From positions 1-30,014 of the forward strand of contig CAYVAP010000003.1 in assembly GCA_964449365.1 (NCBI GenBank): a stretch of DNA of 30,014 nt, in the 5' to 3' direction. A program made the translations under genes and the position numbers. A model generated the notes under the pieces. That model had not been told where the DNA came from, did not search any database, and saw only the letters and a program-made list of their open reading frames with translations. Of this stretch, positions 1 through 8,209 are shown piece after piece. Positions within the stretch are counted from its first letter, which is position 1, and each line of letters begins with the position of its first letter. Source of the stretch: an uncultured Bacteroidia bacterium. GTDB taxonomy: Bacteria > Bacteroidota > Bacteroidia > J057.

Positions 1-90
1 GAATCGACCCCGGCCCCTTGCTCTAAAAAAACCGAGGGACTCAATCCTATTCGGACGAATCGACCCCGGCCCCTTGCTCTAAAAAACCGA
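1..90. repeat. Direct repeat, 34-35 bp core, period 56 bp (2 copies visible; may continue left of the window)
   Basis: gaatcgaccccggccccttgctct-A7-ccga at 1-35 and the same sequence with A6 at 57-90, separated by 21 bp (36-56). Confidence 0.9.
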
Positions 91-478
91 AGAGACCAGA
101 CACTTCGCGCCTTATCTACTCCGGCCCATTGACTTACCTAAGAAAGAAAGGCGAGCAGTTAGTGGGCGGTAGCGAGTATTCCGTATGTCAAATAACATCC
201 GTTGACGATACAATAATACGGCTCAGATTTAGCGAATCGTTGGTCGGTGGAATCAACGGTTATTTTTAGGGAAGGAACGGTTGATGGCTATGGACGAATT
301 GCTTTGGGAGTGTTTTCGCTGATTAAAATAGGTAAGAAAAAATGGATCTATTTACCTGTAGAAGTACTTGGGCCAGCCTGCGCAAGCGGCACAAAAGGGA
401 AGTTTTGTGATCGTGAGGTGGGGTGAACGGTCGAGTAGTTTATTTTAATGGCTGGAATGTTATGAGACAAAAGCAGTA

Positions 479-501
479 AGACCCATCTTAAAGATGGGTC
501 T
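479..501. repeat. Perfect inverted repeat (11-bp arms, 1-nt centre)
   Basis: agacccatctt-a-aagatgggtct; the arms are exact reverse complements. It lies in non-coding DNA. Confidence 0.85.
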
Positions 502-626
502 AGCGTAGATCATCAACTTTCGCAGTAAATAGTCGAGGGTGATGATCGGTGGGCGATAAATTAAAAGGTAAGATTTTTGTAAGGTAAAGGTAGGGAATGC
601 TCAAGCTTCAGGAGTATTCGCTCAAG

Positions 627-673
627 CAAAACACCTCTCTTCGCACAGGCCAGGACAGGCTGCGAAGAGGAGG
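627..673 (-). terminator. Possible intrinsic terminator of the 757-1599 gene
   Basis: Stem ctcttcgca (637-645) / tgcgaagag (661-669), with a further cct/agg pair. On the minus strand it is followed by a short GUGUUUU tract, ~85 nt after the stop codon. The loop is long (15 nt), so this is a weak candidate. Confidence 0.35.
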
Positions 674-756
674 CAAAGACCATACCGAAGGAGAGTAAGG
701 TTGGGGCTATGTGCGAAGAAATTCAGAGGTGATCATGCAAGGCTAAGGACGGGAAA

Positions 757-1599
757 TCAGTTGAAGAGGAGCCCTCGCTGACGGAGTTCGTCGGTCAATT
801 CCTGGTAATAGGCGTCAAATTCAGCCCGCTGTTTGGGGTGGGGGTGTTTGGATGGCTGCACGCTTTGATAGAGCAACTGCTGAATGATCTCAAAGACTGG
901 CGCACGCATCTCGCTGGGCCAGGTGCAGTTGCGACGTAGGGCCTCCTCCATGTACAAGGCCGAAGACCGAGAGTGAGGTTTGCCACCGTGGTGTACATTG
1001 TACATTTTGAGGCGGGTATCCTGGCAAGCGATTGACATAAAGTGTCCTTGGATAAAGATGCCATGTAGGTCGATCCCCACGCGCTTGCCCACGAGCAGAG
1101 CCACACAGTTGAGCGCCATTTGACTACCCACTCCATGCTGCACGATGTGAAAGAGCAGATCATGATGGTACAGCTGCCGATACTCTGAGATGCAGGTGAG
1201 GCGGTCGCCGCCTAAGAGGTACTGCATCAGGGTGAGCGAGGTCGGCGTACCCGCTTGAGCCAGAAAGTGCTCGGCCAGCAAATCGAGCCAGTCGCTAGAA
1301 AACTGAGCCACTGGCCCAAACTCGATCTCAGAGAGCACGATGAGGGCTTGCTCTAGGGCCTGGTAAAAGTCTTCCTGATTTAGCCAAGCCAATCGATCGT
1401 TGGTGTACTTCAGGGACTCTAGTTCTGTGAAGACGGCTTCGAGAACCTGGCGCTGTGGCTCGGTCAGCTCGGTCCAGTAGGGTTGCGTGAGCTGCCTCAG
1501 CCTGGGGCCCAGAGCTTTCAACTCGGCGATGACTGCGCTGCGCACGATGGGCGTTTCGTCGTCTAGCAGGGCCAAAAGGAATGGTAAATCTTGTGGCAT
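757..1599 (-). CDS. SirB1-like / transglutaminase-like (Transglut_core2) family protein, divergent
   Basis: 280 aa. The N-terminal 'LLALLDDE...V...V...L' resembles Bacteroidota SirB1 homologues. 'ALNCVALLVGKRVGIDLHGIFIQGHFM' resembles the family 'SL..LY..VA.RLG..L.GV..PGHF' motif. Confidence 0.55.
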   Translation of the reverse strand: MPQDLPFLLALLDDETPIVRSAVIAELKALGPRLRQLTQPYWTELTEPQRQVLEAVFTELESLKYTNDRLAWLNQEDFYQALEQALIVLSEIEFGPVAQFSSDWLDLLAEHFLAQAGTPTSLTLMQYLLGGDRLTCISEYRQLYHHDLLFHIVQHGVGSQMALNCVALLVGKRVGIDLHGIFIQGHFMSIACQDTRLKMYNVHHGGKPHSRSSALYMEEALRRNCTWPSEMRAPVFEIIQQLLYQSVQPSKHPHPKQRAEFDAYYQELTDELRQRGLLFN

Positions 1600-2000
1600 A
1601 CGATCAGTTGAATCCTGTTTGTATCAAGAGCAAATTTGACCGCACGGTGGCTACTAATGCTTTCAAAACGAGATAAGTAACCACTTTGCCTAGTCCTGAT
1701 CAGCTGTCTATCAGCTATTCCAAACTATGAACAAATGACTACGAACTTCGAACTCGTTCCACTAGAGGGTCAAATAGGCGGGAAATCCGAAGGCAGAGAC
1801 CTGTGAAAAGGGAAAAAGTAACTTTTTGCTACTGACGTCGTACTAATCGCTCAATATAACATCAAGCGAGGCAGATGGCCAAATCATGGGTCAGCTAATC
1901 GCAATGATCGATGGCGTGGCAAAGCAACATTTCTTGGTTTCGAGCAGTTAGCTTCATTTGGATTAACTTCTAGCGTCCTATCAGCCATCTGCTTTTAGCT

Positions 2001-2534
2001 ATGCAATCTTCTGGACACAGCGATGCCTACCAATTCAATGGGAAAGTGGGAATGTGGCTGCTCATGATCACCATCGTGATTCTGTTTGGTGCCTTGAGCC
2101 TGGCCTACATGAGCGTCGAGCCGCTCCCCCAGCAATTTTCCATCCCTTGGGGCTTTTATTCCAATACCGCAATTCTGGTCCTCAGCTCAGTCTTGCTCCA
2201 TGTGGGCTGGGTCCGGCGCCATCAGACCGGAAAAAATTTGATCCTCCGCCCGGCTGTGCTACTTGGCTCCCTGTTTTTGTTGAGCCAGGCCTTTGCCTGG
2301 TATCAGCTTTACACCCATGGCATGGACCTGAGCCACTCTGGGCAAAAAGTCTCCTTCTTGTATTTACTCAGCGGCTTGCACGCTGCCCACCTGATCGGTG
2401 GGATTTTATTTTTGATCTACGTCTGGGCTACCTATCAGCGCAAAGGGCACCGCTACCTGGAGTCGGCGGTGTATTTCTGGCATTTCCTTGGAATCTTGTG
2501 GGTGTACCTACTCTGCGTGTTGGTGGCCAATTAG
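2001..2534 (+). CDS. Heme-copper (cytochrome c) oxidase subunit III family protein, short form
   Basis: 177 aa with ~5 hydrophobic segments. Motifs 'GMWLLMIT..ILFGAL..AY', 'LSGLHAAHLIGG' and 'YFWHFLGILW' match the subunit III pattern TG.HG.HV..G / YWHFVD..W. Confidence 0.85.
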   Translation: MQSSGHSDAYQFNGKVGMWLLMITIVILFGALSLAYMSVEPLPQQFSIPWGFYSNTAILVLSSVLLHVGWVRRHQTGKNLILRPAVLLGSLFLLSQAFAWYQLYTHGMDLSHSGQKVSFLYLLSGLHAAHLIGGILFLIYVWATYQRKGHRYLESAVYFWHFLGILWVYLLCVLVAN

Positions 2535-2896
2535 TCATTAGTTTCGCGGTTCAACATTCAGCGCTGAACGTGCGCAGGGTTGCCTCGAGGTGCAACCCCT
2601 GAGTAAACAAATATGGGGGACTGGTGAGGCATTACTTGGTAAGCCCATACCGTATTCCGATGACCGTTTGTATAGGTGAGTGAGCCAATATGTAGGGGCT
2701 GGCCTGTGCCGAAGTCCTCCATGCCCCTTTTCATACAGATACAGATGAGTGAGGTCCAGAGTTGATCTAAAGCATCCCAGTGGCTAACTTACTGCCTCGT
2801 GTGTTCTCCTTCACTTGGATGATCGTAAAACTTACGCGGCCACCGAGAAGGAAAACACGAGGAAGATCCCCTTGCCTTTATGCCCCTTTCATAATT

Positions 2897-3757
2897 ATGC
2901 CCCTTACCCCCCAATCAGTAGCCATCATTACCGGATCTAGCCAAGGGATCGGCAAAGCCCTGGCGCGCGAGTTGGGGCGTCATGGCCTGCGCGTGGTCCT
3001 TAATGGGCGTCGGGCCACTCGCCTGGAAGAGACACGCGCGGAGTTGGCGGCAGAAGGCTTGTCGGTGGTCGCACTGGCTGGCGACATCAGCGATCCGACC
3101 TTCGCACAAGCATTGGTAGCCTTTAGCATCGAAACCTTTGGTCGCCTCGACATCTTGGTCAACAACGCAGGGGCGGCCAACCGAGGGCCACTGGCCGAGG
3201 TAGCTGCCGAAAGTGTGCAGACCCTCATCGGGGTCAATCTGATGGGGAGTATTTTTTCTACTCAGGCTGCCCTGCCGCATTTGCGCCGACAACAGGGCAG
3301 TGTGTTGTTCATCGGTAGCCTGGCCGGGTTGCATGGCTTGCCTTACAATGGCCTCTACAGCAGTACCAAGCAGGCGCTGACTGCGCTTTCGGAATCGCTG
3401 CGCATCGAGGAGTCGCCCAACGGCGTACACGTGGGGCTAGCCTACGTGGGCTTTACCGAAAACGATCCTCGCAAGGTGATCCTCGACACCGACGGCAAGC
3501 CAGTGTATCTGCCTCGCCGCGAAGGGATGCGCCTCCAATCGTCGGCCAAAGTGGCGACTAAGCTGCGTCGTATGCTGGAAACCCGCCGCAAGCGAGAGGT
3601 CTTCACCGCCATGGGAAAGGGGCTTTACTGGGCGCAGCGCGTGGCTCCTGGCCTGATCGATTGGGTGTTGACTCGCAACCTCAGCCGGGTCCAGGCCCAA
3701 TCTTCTGGTGAGGCCGCCTCGGCAGCGCATGAGTTTCGGAGCGCTTCGCGAGGGTAG
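2897..3757 (+). CDS. Classical SDR family NAD(P)-dependent oxidoreductase
   Basis: TGSSQGIG Rossmann motif, NNAG and catalytic YSSTK. The start was moved from the track's 2780 to ATG 2897 (MPLTPQSVAIITG), just before the Rossmann strand. Confidence 0.9.
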   Translation: MPLTPQSVAIITGSSQGIGKALARELGRHGLRVVLNGRRATRLEETRAELAAEGLSVVALAGDISDPTFAQALVAFSIETFGRLDILVNNAGAANRGPLAEVAAESVQTLIGVNLMGSIFSTQAALPHLRRQQGSVLFIGSLAGLHGLPYNGLYSSTKQALTALSESLRIEESPNGVHVGLAYVGFTENDPRKVILDTDGKPVYLPRREGMRLQSSAKVATKLRRMLETRRKREVFTAMGKGLYWAQRVAPGLIDWVLTRNLSRVQAQSSGEAASAAHEFRSASRG

Positions 3758-3774
3758 GGGAGTGGCCCTGACCA

Positions 3775-4746
3775 TCAACTCTGCCCAGGCTCCTCCTCTG
3801 CGGGATCGTAGCTGTGATCGGCCCAAGTGGCCAGATATGCTCGGTCGGAACTGAGCAGGAGCGCCGCCATCAGCAAAAAGGCCAAAATACCTGCCAAGCC
3901 TGCTGGGCCACCGATCAGGGCATTGGCGTCGTGTACGAAAATGAGCACCGCCCCAGCGATGGCATTCATCACCCCATGAAAAGCCGAGGCTCCCACGATG
4001 GTACCGCTACGCATGGCTAGCCAGTTTATCACCAGAGAGCCGGCGATGCAAAACAAGATCATCATGCCCACGCCCCAGTAGGGCGACGCTGGGTAGTTGA
4101 GGCCCATCAAAATGATGGGAGCGTGCCACAAGCCCCAAGCGGTACCGATCACCAGGGCAGAGCGCCAGTAGCCAAGGTGTCTGGTTTCGGCCAGCATCAG
4201 GCCGCGCCAGCCTAGTTCTTCGCCGAAGGCAAAAATGAGGTTGATGGTCACCCCCGGAATTACGCTCACAATGAGCATCAAGGGCAACAGCATCCAGCCA
4301 GGTACCGGCAAGTTGGTGAACAAATCCCCTGATTCTTCCAACTGGGCAGGATCTTGGCCTGCCTGGATGATCAGCTCTTCTACCCGCAGCAGGATCCCCG
4401 CTTTGGTGAGATCGCCCCGGCCAAAGCCATCGATTCCGAGCAAGTTGCCAAGCAGGTAGATCACGCCCAAGGTCATGAGGGTAACTGCCAGCGGGATCAG
4501 GGCATTGGAGAGTAGCCATCGCCAGCGGATGCGTTCGAACTGCCAGCCGTAGGACCGCAGCTTTTGCTTGTAAAAGCCTAGTTGTAGGATGATCACCGCC
4601 ACGGCTGGCCCCCACATAAATAGTCCGCCCAGCCAGAAGTTGCCGGCGGGGCCATCGATTTCTAGGGGAGAAAACCAAATCACTCCCGCACAAGCCCAAC
4701 TAAGGGTGTAGCTGAGAAGAAGATAGTGGAAGAGTTTGCGGGACAT
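3775..4746 (-). CDS. CPBP family (CAAX protease/Abi-type) intramembrane glutamic endopeptidase
   Basis: Polytopic membrane protein with EELGWRG (EExxxR), WGLWH and FHGVMN (HxxxN). The start is taken at ATG 4746 (MSRKLF); the track's 4773 is an upstream alternative. Confidence 0.88.
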   Translation of the reverse strand: MSRKLFHYLLLSYTLSWACAGVIWFSPLEIDGPAGNFWLGGLFMWGPAVAVIILQLGFYKQKLRSYGWQFERIRWRWLLSNALIPLAVTLMTLGVIYLLGNLLGIDGFGRGDLTKAGILLRVEELIIQAGQDPAQLEESGDLFTNLPVPGWMLLPLMLIVSVIPGVTINLIFAFGEELGWRGLMLAETRHLGYWRSALVIGTAWGLWHAPIILMGLNYPASPYWGVGMMILFCIAGSLVINWLAMRSGTIVGASAFHGVMNAIAGAVLIFVHDANALIGGPAGLAGILAFLLMAALLLSSDRAYLATWADHSYDPAEEEPGQS

Positions 4747-4801
4747 GGGAAATCCAGGATTTTGGCGTACCAATGGATACGAATAAGTAGCTGAAAGATG
4801 C

Positions 4802-4809
4802 TATATTTG
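4802..4809 (+). promoter_or_regulatory. Putative Bacteroidota sigma-A -7 element (TATATTTG) upstream of the glycan cluster
   Basis: Exact match to TAnnTTTG in the short divergent intergenic region. No clear -33 TTG at canonical spacing. Confidence 0.5.
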
Positions 4810-4814
4810 TGTGT

Positions 4815-5840
4815 ATGATCAAAAAAGTACTTCCAACCAGGTGGGAAAAAAGGCTGAGGCGCAGCCTGAACATGCAGGTCGAACCTGACCCGGTGGAGTT
4901 TCCAGCCCCGCTTTTTATTACCGGGTGTATGCGGAGTGGAACCTCGGTGTTGGTGGAAAAGCTTTGTCGACATCCGCAGTTGCTGCGCATGGGCATGGAA
5001 CTGAACGATATCTGGACGACCATCGGGGGTGCTTCCTGCAAAAGGGTTTGTGAGCACAAAACAGAAGATGATGTCAGCAGCGAAGCCACCGCCAACATGG
5101 TGGCGTACATGACGCGATATATCGAGCTGGCCCAGCGCCCACAGCGTTATTTGATGCGAATTCGCAATCGGTATCTGAGTGGTGGCAACTCAGTGTTCAA
5201 AGATTTTGATCGGATCATCCCTGTCAACAAATCTCCGCATTTGATGAACAAGCTGCGCTATGTGCATGGGATGTTTCCGCAGGCCAAATTCGTCTTTATC
5301 ATCCGCTCAATCGAGGGACACAGTGCGAGCATCAAAGCGTTTTTTGATCGAGAGTATCAACGGACAGGCCTAAAAAACTATTTTCCTAGGGACGACCAAG
5401 GCTGCTATGCGCGCTTTTATCCTTGGCAAAAGGTGCGCAGGGCCGATCTTGACCGCTGCTACCCGGGTGATTTTTCTATCATCCCAGAGATGTGGATTCG
5501 CCTCAATGCCCTCGCTCTGGAGGAGCTTCAACAGCTCCCACCTGACCAGGTAATGATCGTTTCCTACGAAGATTTTATTACCCGGCAGGTGGAAACCCTG
5601 CGAGATGTGTTTGCCTTTATCGATACCGATCCTCGCCACCGCGCCAAGACTCAGAAGATCATCCACGCGCCCATGAAGGTGTTCAACACCACGACCAAAG
5701 GAAATCCCCTGGACAAGTGGCGACGAATGCTGTCTGATGATGAGCTAAAGGTGATTGAGTCGGTGAAAGCGCGGTATCCTGGCTGGCTGGGCTACATCCA
5801 TCGGCAGTTGGCGGCGCGAGAGGTCCCTCATTACATTTAA
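4815..5840 (+). CDS. Sulfotransferase family protein (PAPS-dependent, Sulfotransfer_3-like)
   Basis: 5'-PSB loop 'FITGCMRSGTSVL', 'VNKSPH', 'KFVFIIRS' and 'VSYEDF'. The start is uncertain (GTG 4809, ATG 4815 or ATG 4872). Confidence 0.85.
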   Translation: MIKKVLPTRWEKRLRRSLNMQVEPDPVEFPAPLFITGCMRSGTSVLVEKLCRHPQLLRMGMELNDIWTTIGGASCKRVCEHKTEDDVSSEATANMVAYMTRYIELAQRPQRYLMRIRNRYLSGGNSVFKDFDRIIPVNKSPHLMNKLRYVHGMFPQAKFVFIIRSIEGHSASIKAFFDREYQRTGLKNYFPRDDQGCYARFYPWQKVRRADLDRCYPGDFSIIPEMWIRLNALALEELQQLPPDQVMIVSYEDFITRQVETLRDVFAFIDTDPRHRAKTQKIIHAPMKVFNTTTKGNPLDKWRRMLSDDELKVIESVKARYPGWLGYIHRQLAAREVPHYI

Positions 5841-5961
5841 TCGGGCAAGTGATCGAGGTAGGGCCTTGCCCTGTATGGTTGGTAGCCGACAAGCGGTCTA
5901 GGCCGAAACCTGAGGGCCTGTACAAACCAGGATCAAGGTAGGGAAATCCGGCTCGAGGCCA

Positions 5962-5969
5962 TATATTTG
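5962..5969 (+). promoter_or_regulatory. Putative internal -7 element (TATATTTG) upstream of the glycosyltransferase
   Basis: Exact TAnnTTTG followed by C in the 176-bp gap between sulfotransferase 1 and the GT, ~48 nt before the TTG start. Confidence 0.5.
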
Positions 5970-6016
5970 CTTGCCCCTTACTCGATGGGGGCTTTTGGGC
6001 CCATTGGCACCTTTGG

Positions 6017-7273
6017 TTGTATTTGACTTTCAGCTCGTTGTACAAGCTCAAGCTCATCTGGCAAAAAAATCTCCTGCGGTTGGAAATCGTATGGCGTACC
6101 ATTGTCGATTGGTTGCAATATTATCTAGCGCCCACTCGGGAATTGCGTCCGTCCAATTTGGAGCGCCCGGTGGTCCTCTTCCTGGGAGAAATGCTGCAGG
6201 CCCGCATCCCGCGCTTGGCCAAGTGGCTCAAGCGCAGTGGCGAGATAGACTGCATTTTGCTGGTCAAGGAAGGAAAGGCTTTTGAAGTGTTTGACACTGA
6301 AGCATTTTCTGAACGGTGGACCTACCGTAGCCGCTGGCATCTGCGCAAGCTGCTAAAAGGGCTCCGAGATATTCATGTGATCCACGCTTTTTCTATGCCG
6401 AGCTACCAGATTCGGTTGGCCATTACCATGACTTCTATCCCCGTAGTGATGGACATTCAGGACATGGCGGTGAGCTACTTTGGGCTGAATAGCCCCAAGC
6501 TGTATATGCGGCTGGACATGCCAGACGAGTCTTTTTCCATCAAAAGGGCCGATGGCATTGTATCGCAGAGCATCGAGCTGGTGAATGCCTGCCAAGAATA
6601 CGAGATCAAGCAACGACCGCCTACCCTGATGTTTCCGGTTTACTGTGACGACGATCAATTGCTGACCCCGGAGGAAGTGCCTTCCATGGGCGAGATTCAC
6701 CTGGTATACGCTGGTAGTATCGCGGGGTCTTTTCAAGAGGATGCCAATTTTGGTAGTATGAAACTCTTTCGGCTGATTGATACCTTTACTCAGCAGCGTA
6801 TTCATTTTCATATCTACCCCTCGCCCACCATGCGTTTTCGTGATCTGATCCTAGCGGAGTACCAAGCTCTCTCGGATTGGTATGAGTATTTTCACTTGCA
6901 TGAATCCGTGCCTCAGAAGGTGTTGGCCGAAGAACTGACCCGCTACCATTTTGGGCTGTTACCCTTTTTTTTATCGGATACCTCCCGCTCTGCCCACAAG
7001 TTGGGTCGCGGGAGCAGTCAAAAGCTATATAACTATATTGAGTCAGGGCTTCCAGTAATCATCTCGCGAGATCTGACTTTTCAGAGTTGGATGGCCAGCC
7101 GATACCGAGCCGGCATTCCCATCGACAAGCCTGACCTTGCACACTTGCGCGAGATGATCGAGGGGATCGATTATGCTGCGTTTAGGCAGAATTTGTTGCA
7201 GCAACGCGAGAAAATCCTTCTTAGTCAGCACATCCCTCGTTTGTTGGCTTTTTACCACCAAATCCAGCCCTGA
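6017..7273 (+). CDS. GT-B fold glycosyltransferase (GT4-like)
   Basis: 418 aa. C-terminal 'LVYAGSI', 'YHFGLLPF' and 'KLYNYIESGLPVIIS' resemble the GT4 'KL.EY...GLPVI' signature. The TTG start is uncertain. Confidence 0.75.
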   Translation: MYLTFSSLYKLKLIWQKNLLRLEIVWRTIVDWLQYYLAPTRELRPSNLERPVVLFLGEMLQARIPRLAKWLKRSGEIDCILLVKEGKAFEVFDTEAFSERWTYRSRWHLRKLLKGLRDIHVIHAFSMPSYQIRLAITMTSIPVVMDIQDMAVSYFGLNSPKLYMRLDMPDESFSIKRADGIVSQSIELVNACQEYEIKQRPPTLMFPVYCDDDQLLTPEEVPSMGEIHLVYAGSIAGSFQEDANFGSMKLFRLIDTFTQQRIHFHIYPSPTMRFRDLILAEYQALSDWYEYFHLHESVPQKVLAEELTRYHFGLLPFFLSDTSRSAHKLGRGSSQKLYNYIESGLPVIISRDLTFQSWMASRYRAGIPIDKPDLAHLREMIEGIDYAAFRQNLLQQREKILLSQHIPRLLAFYHQIQP

Positions 7274-7291
7274 ACCCCATAATGGAAGAGT

Positions 7292-7311
7292 TGGATAATC
7301 CTGGATAATCC
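7292..7311. repeat. 10-bp tandem duplication (tggataatcc)x2
   Basis: Two adjacent exact copies in the gap between the GT and sulfotransferase 2. Confidence 0.8.
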
Positions 7312-7363
7312 CGTTCATTTGTAGCGCTTTAATGCCTAGGATATATACTTCTACGAAACGCTT

Positions 7364-8155
7364 ATGTCTGTCACATCTCCCACTCTGCTAGGTATTGTCT
7401 GGTGGCCTCACTCCGGAGGACGTTGGCTGTGCCGAAGTCTGATCAAGCCACACAAGCAGGTATATGAGACAGCATTCGTGCATCCCTGGTTGTTTTTTTC
7501 CACTGACATGACTATGGAGGTGGACATTACCGCCCAGGTACACAAAGCACGCTCTATGCCCGACCTGAAGGAACACTTGGTGGCGCTGAAGGGTAGCATC
7601 GATCACGGACGGATTGAGGGCTTGCGTGCGTATTTTCATCGCATTCGCCAACACTACTTAGCCACAGATGCACCCGAAACGGTCATTGCTGGGGAGATGT
7701 GTTTAGGCTCGCCCATCCCACGCGCCATTGATCTGACTGCGCTGTTTGAGGCCGTGCCAGATTTTCGCTTGCTGCACTTGGTACGTAATCCCGTGCATAG
7801 CTTTCCCTCTTTTGCGGTACGCCATGAGATGGATGGCGACCCGGTCAAGGTGGCAGGCAGTTGGCTGACCCTCAACGCACAGATCCGCGTGTTTTTTGAG
7901 CAGCACCCGGATTTGCGCCAGCAGTACCTGATGGTGCGTTATGAGGACTTGATACAGCAGCCCGAAGCAGAGCTGGCCCGCATTTTTGCCTTTGCGGGCT
8001 TACCCAACGCGTCCGAGGTAATAGCCAACCAAGGCGAGCGCTGGGGGCGCAACACCCGCCCGGAGGTGTCGCCGCAGTTGCGTACCCTGATCGAAACCAT
8101 TGCAGGGCCTGAACTGCAACGCCATGGTTACGCCCTCTCCGCGCAGGTGTCCTGA
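7364..8155 (+). CDS. Sulfotransferase-fold protein with a non-canonical PAPS-binding loop
   Basis: 263 aa. The 3'-PB-like 'LLHLVRNPVHSFPS' and 'VRYEDLIQQPEAELARIFAFAGL' are typical of sulfotransferases, but the N-terminal loop reads 'WWPHSGGRWL'. Confidence 0.72.
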   Translation: MSVTSPTLLGIVWWPHSGGRWLCRSLIKPHKQVYETAFVHPWLFFSTDMTMEVDITAQVHKARSMPDLKEHLVALKGSIDHGRIEGLRAYFHRIRQHYLATDAPETVIAGEMCLGSPIPRAIDLTALFEAVPDFRLLHLVRNPVHSFPSFAVRHEMDGDPVKVAGSWLTLNAQIRVFFEQHPDLRQQYLMVRYEDLIQQPEAELARIFAFAGLPNASEVIANQGERWGRNTRPEVSPQLRTLIETIAGPELQRHGYALSAQVS

Positions 8156-8209
8156 GGCGCCCTGCCACCGAATGATTTCTTCTTATCCCGAACTCCTCGA
8201 TTTTCATCC

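Noticed and set aside
1-90. CRISPR array
   Set aside because: Only two copies with a 21-bp gap, an internal poly-A length difference, no terminal GAAA(C/G)-type end, and no cas genes in the window. Kept only as a direct repeat.
91-756. Hidden gene or pseudogene in the long non-coding stretch
   Set aside because: The frames I translated contain frequent stops and no recognisable motif.
3775-4746. CPBP protease as an immunity or sorting component of the adjacent glycan cluster
   Set aside because: It is divergently transcribed and no bacteriocin precursor or sorting-signal substrate is nearby, so adjacency is the only evidence.
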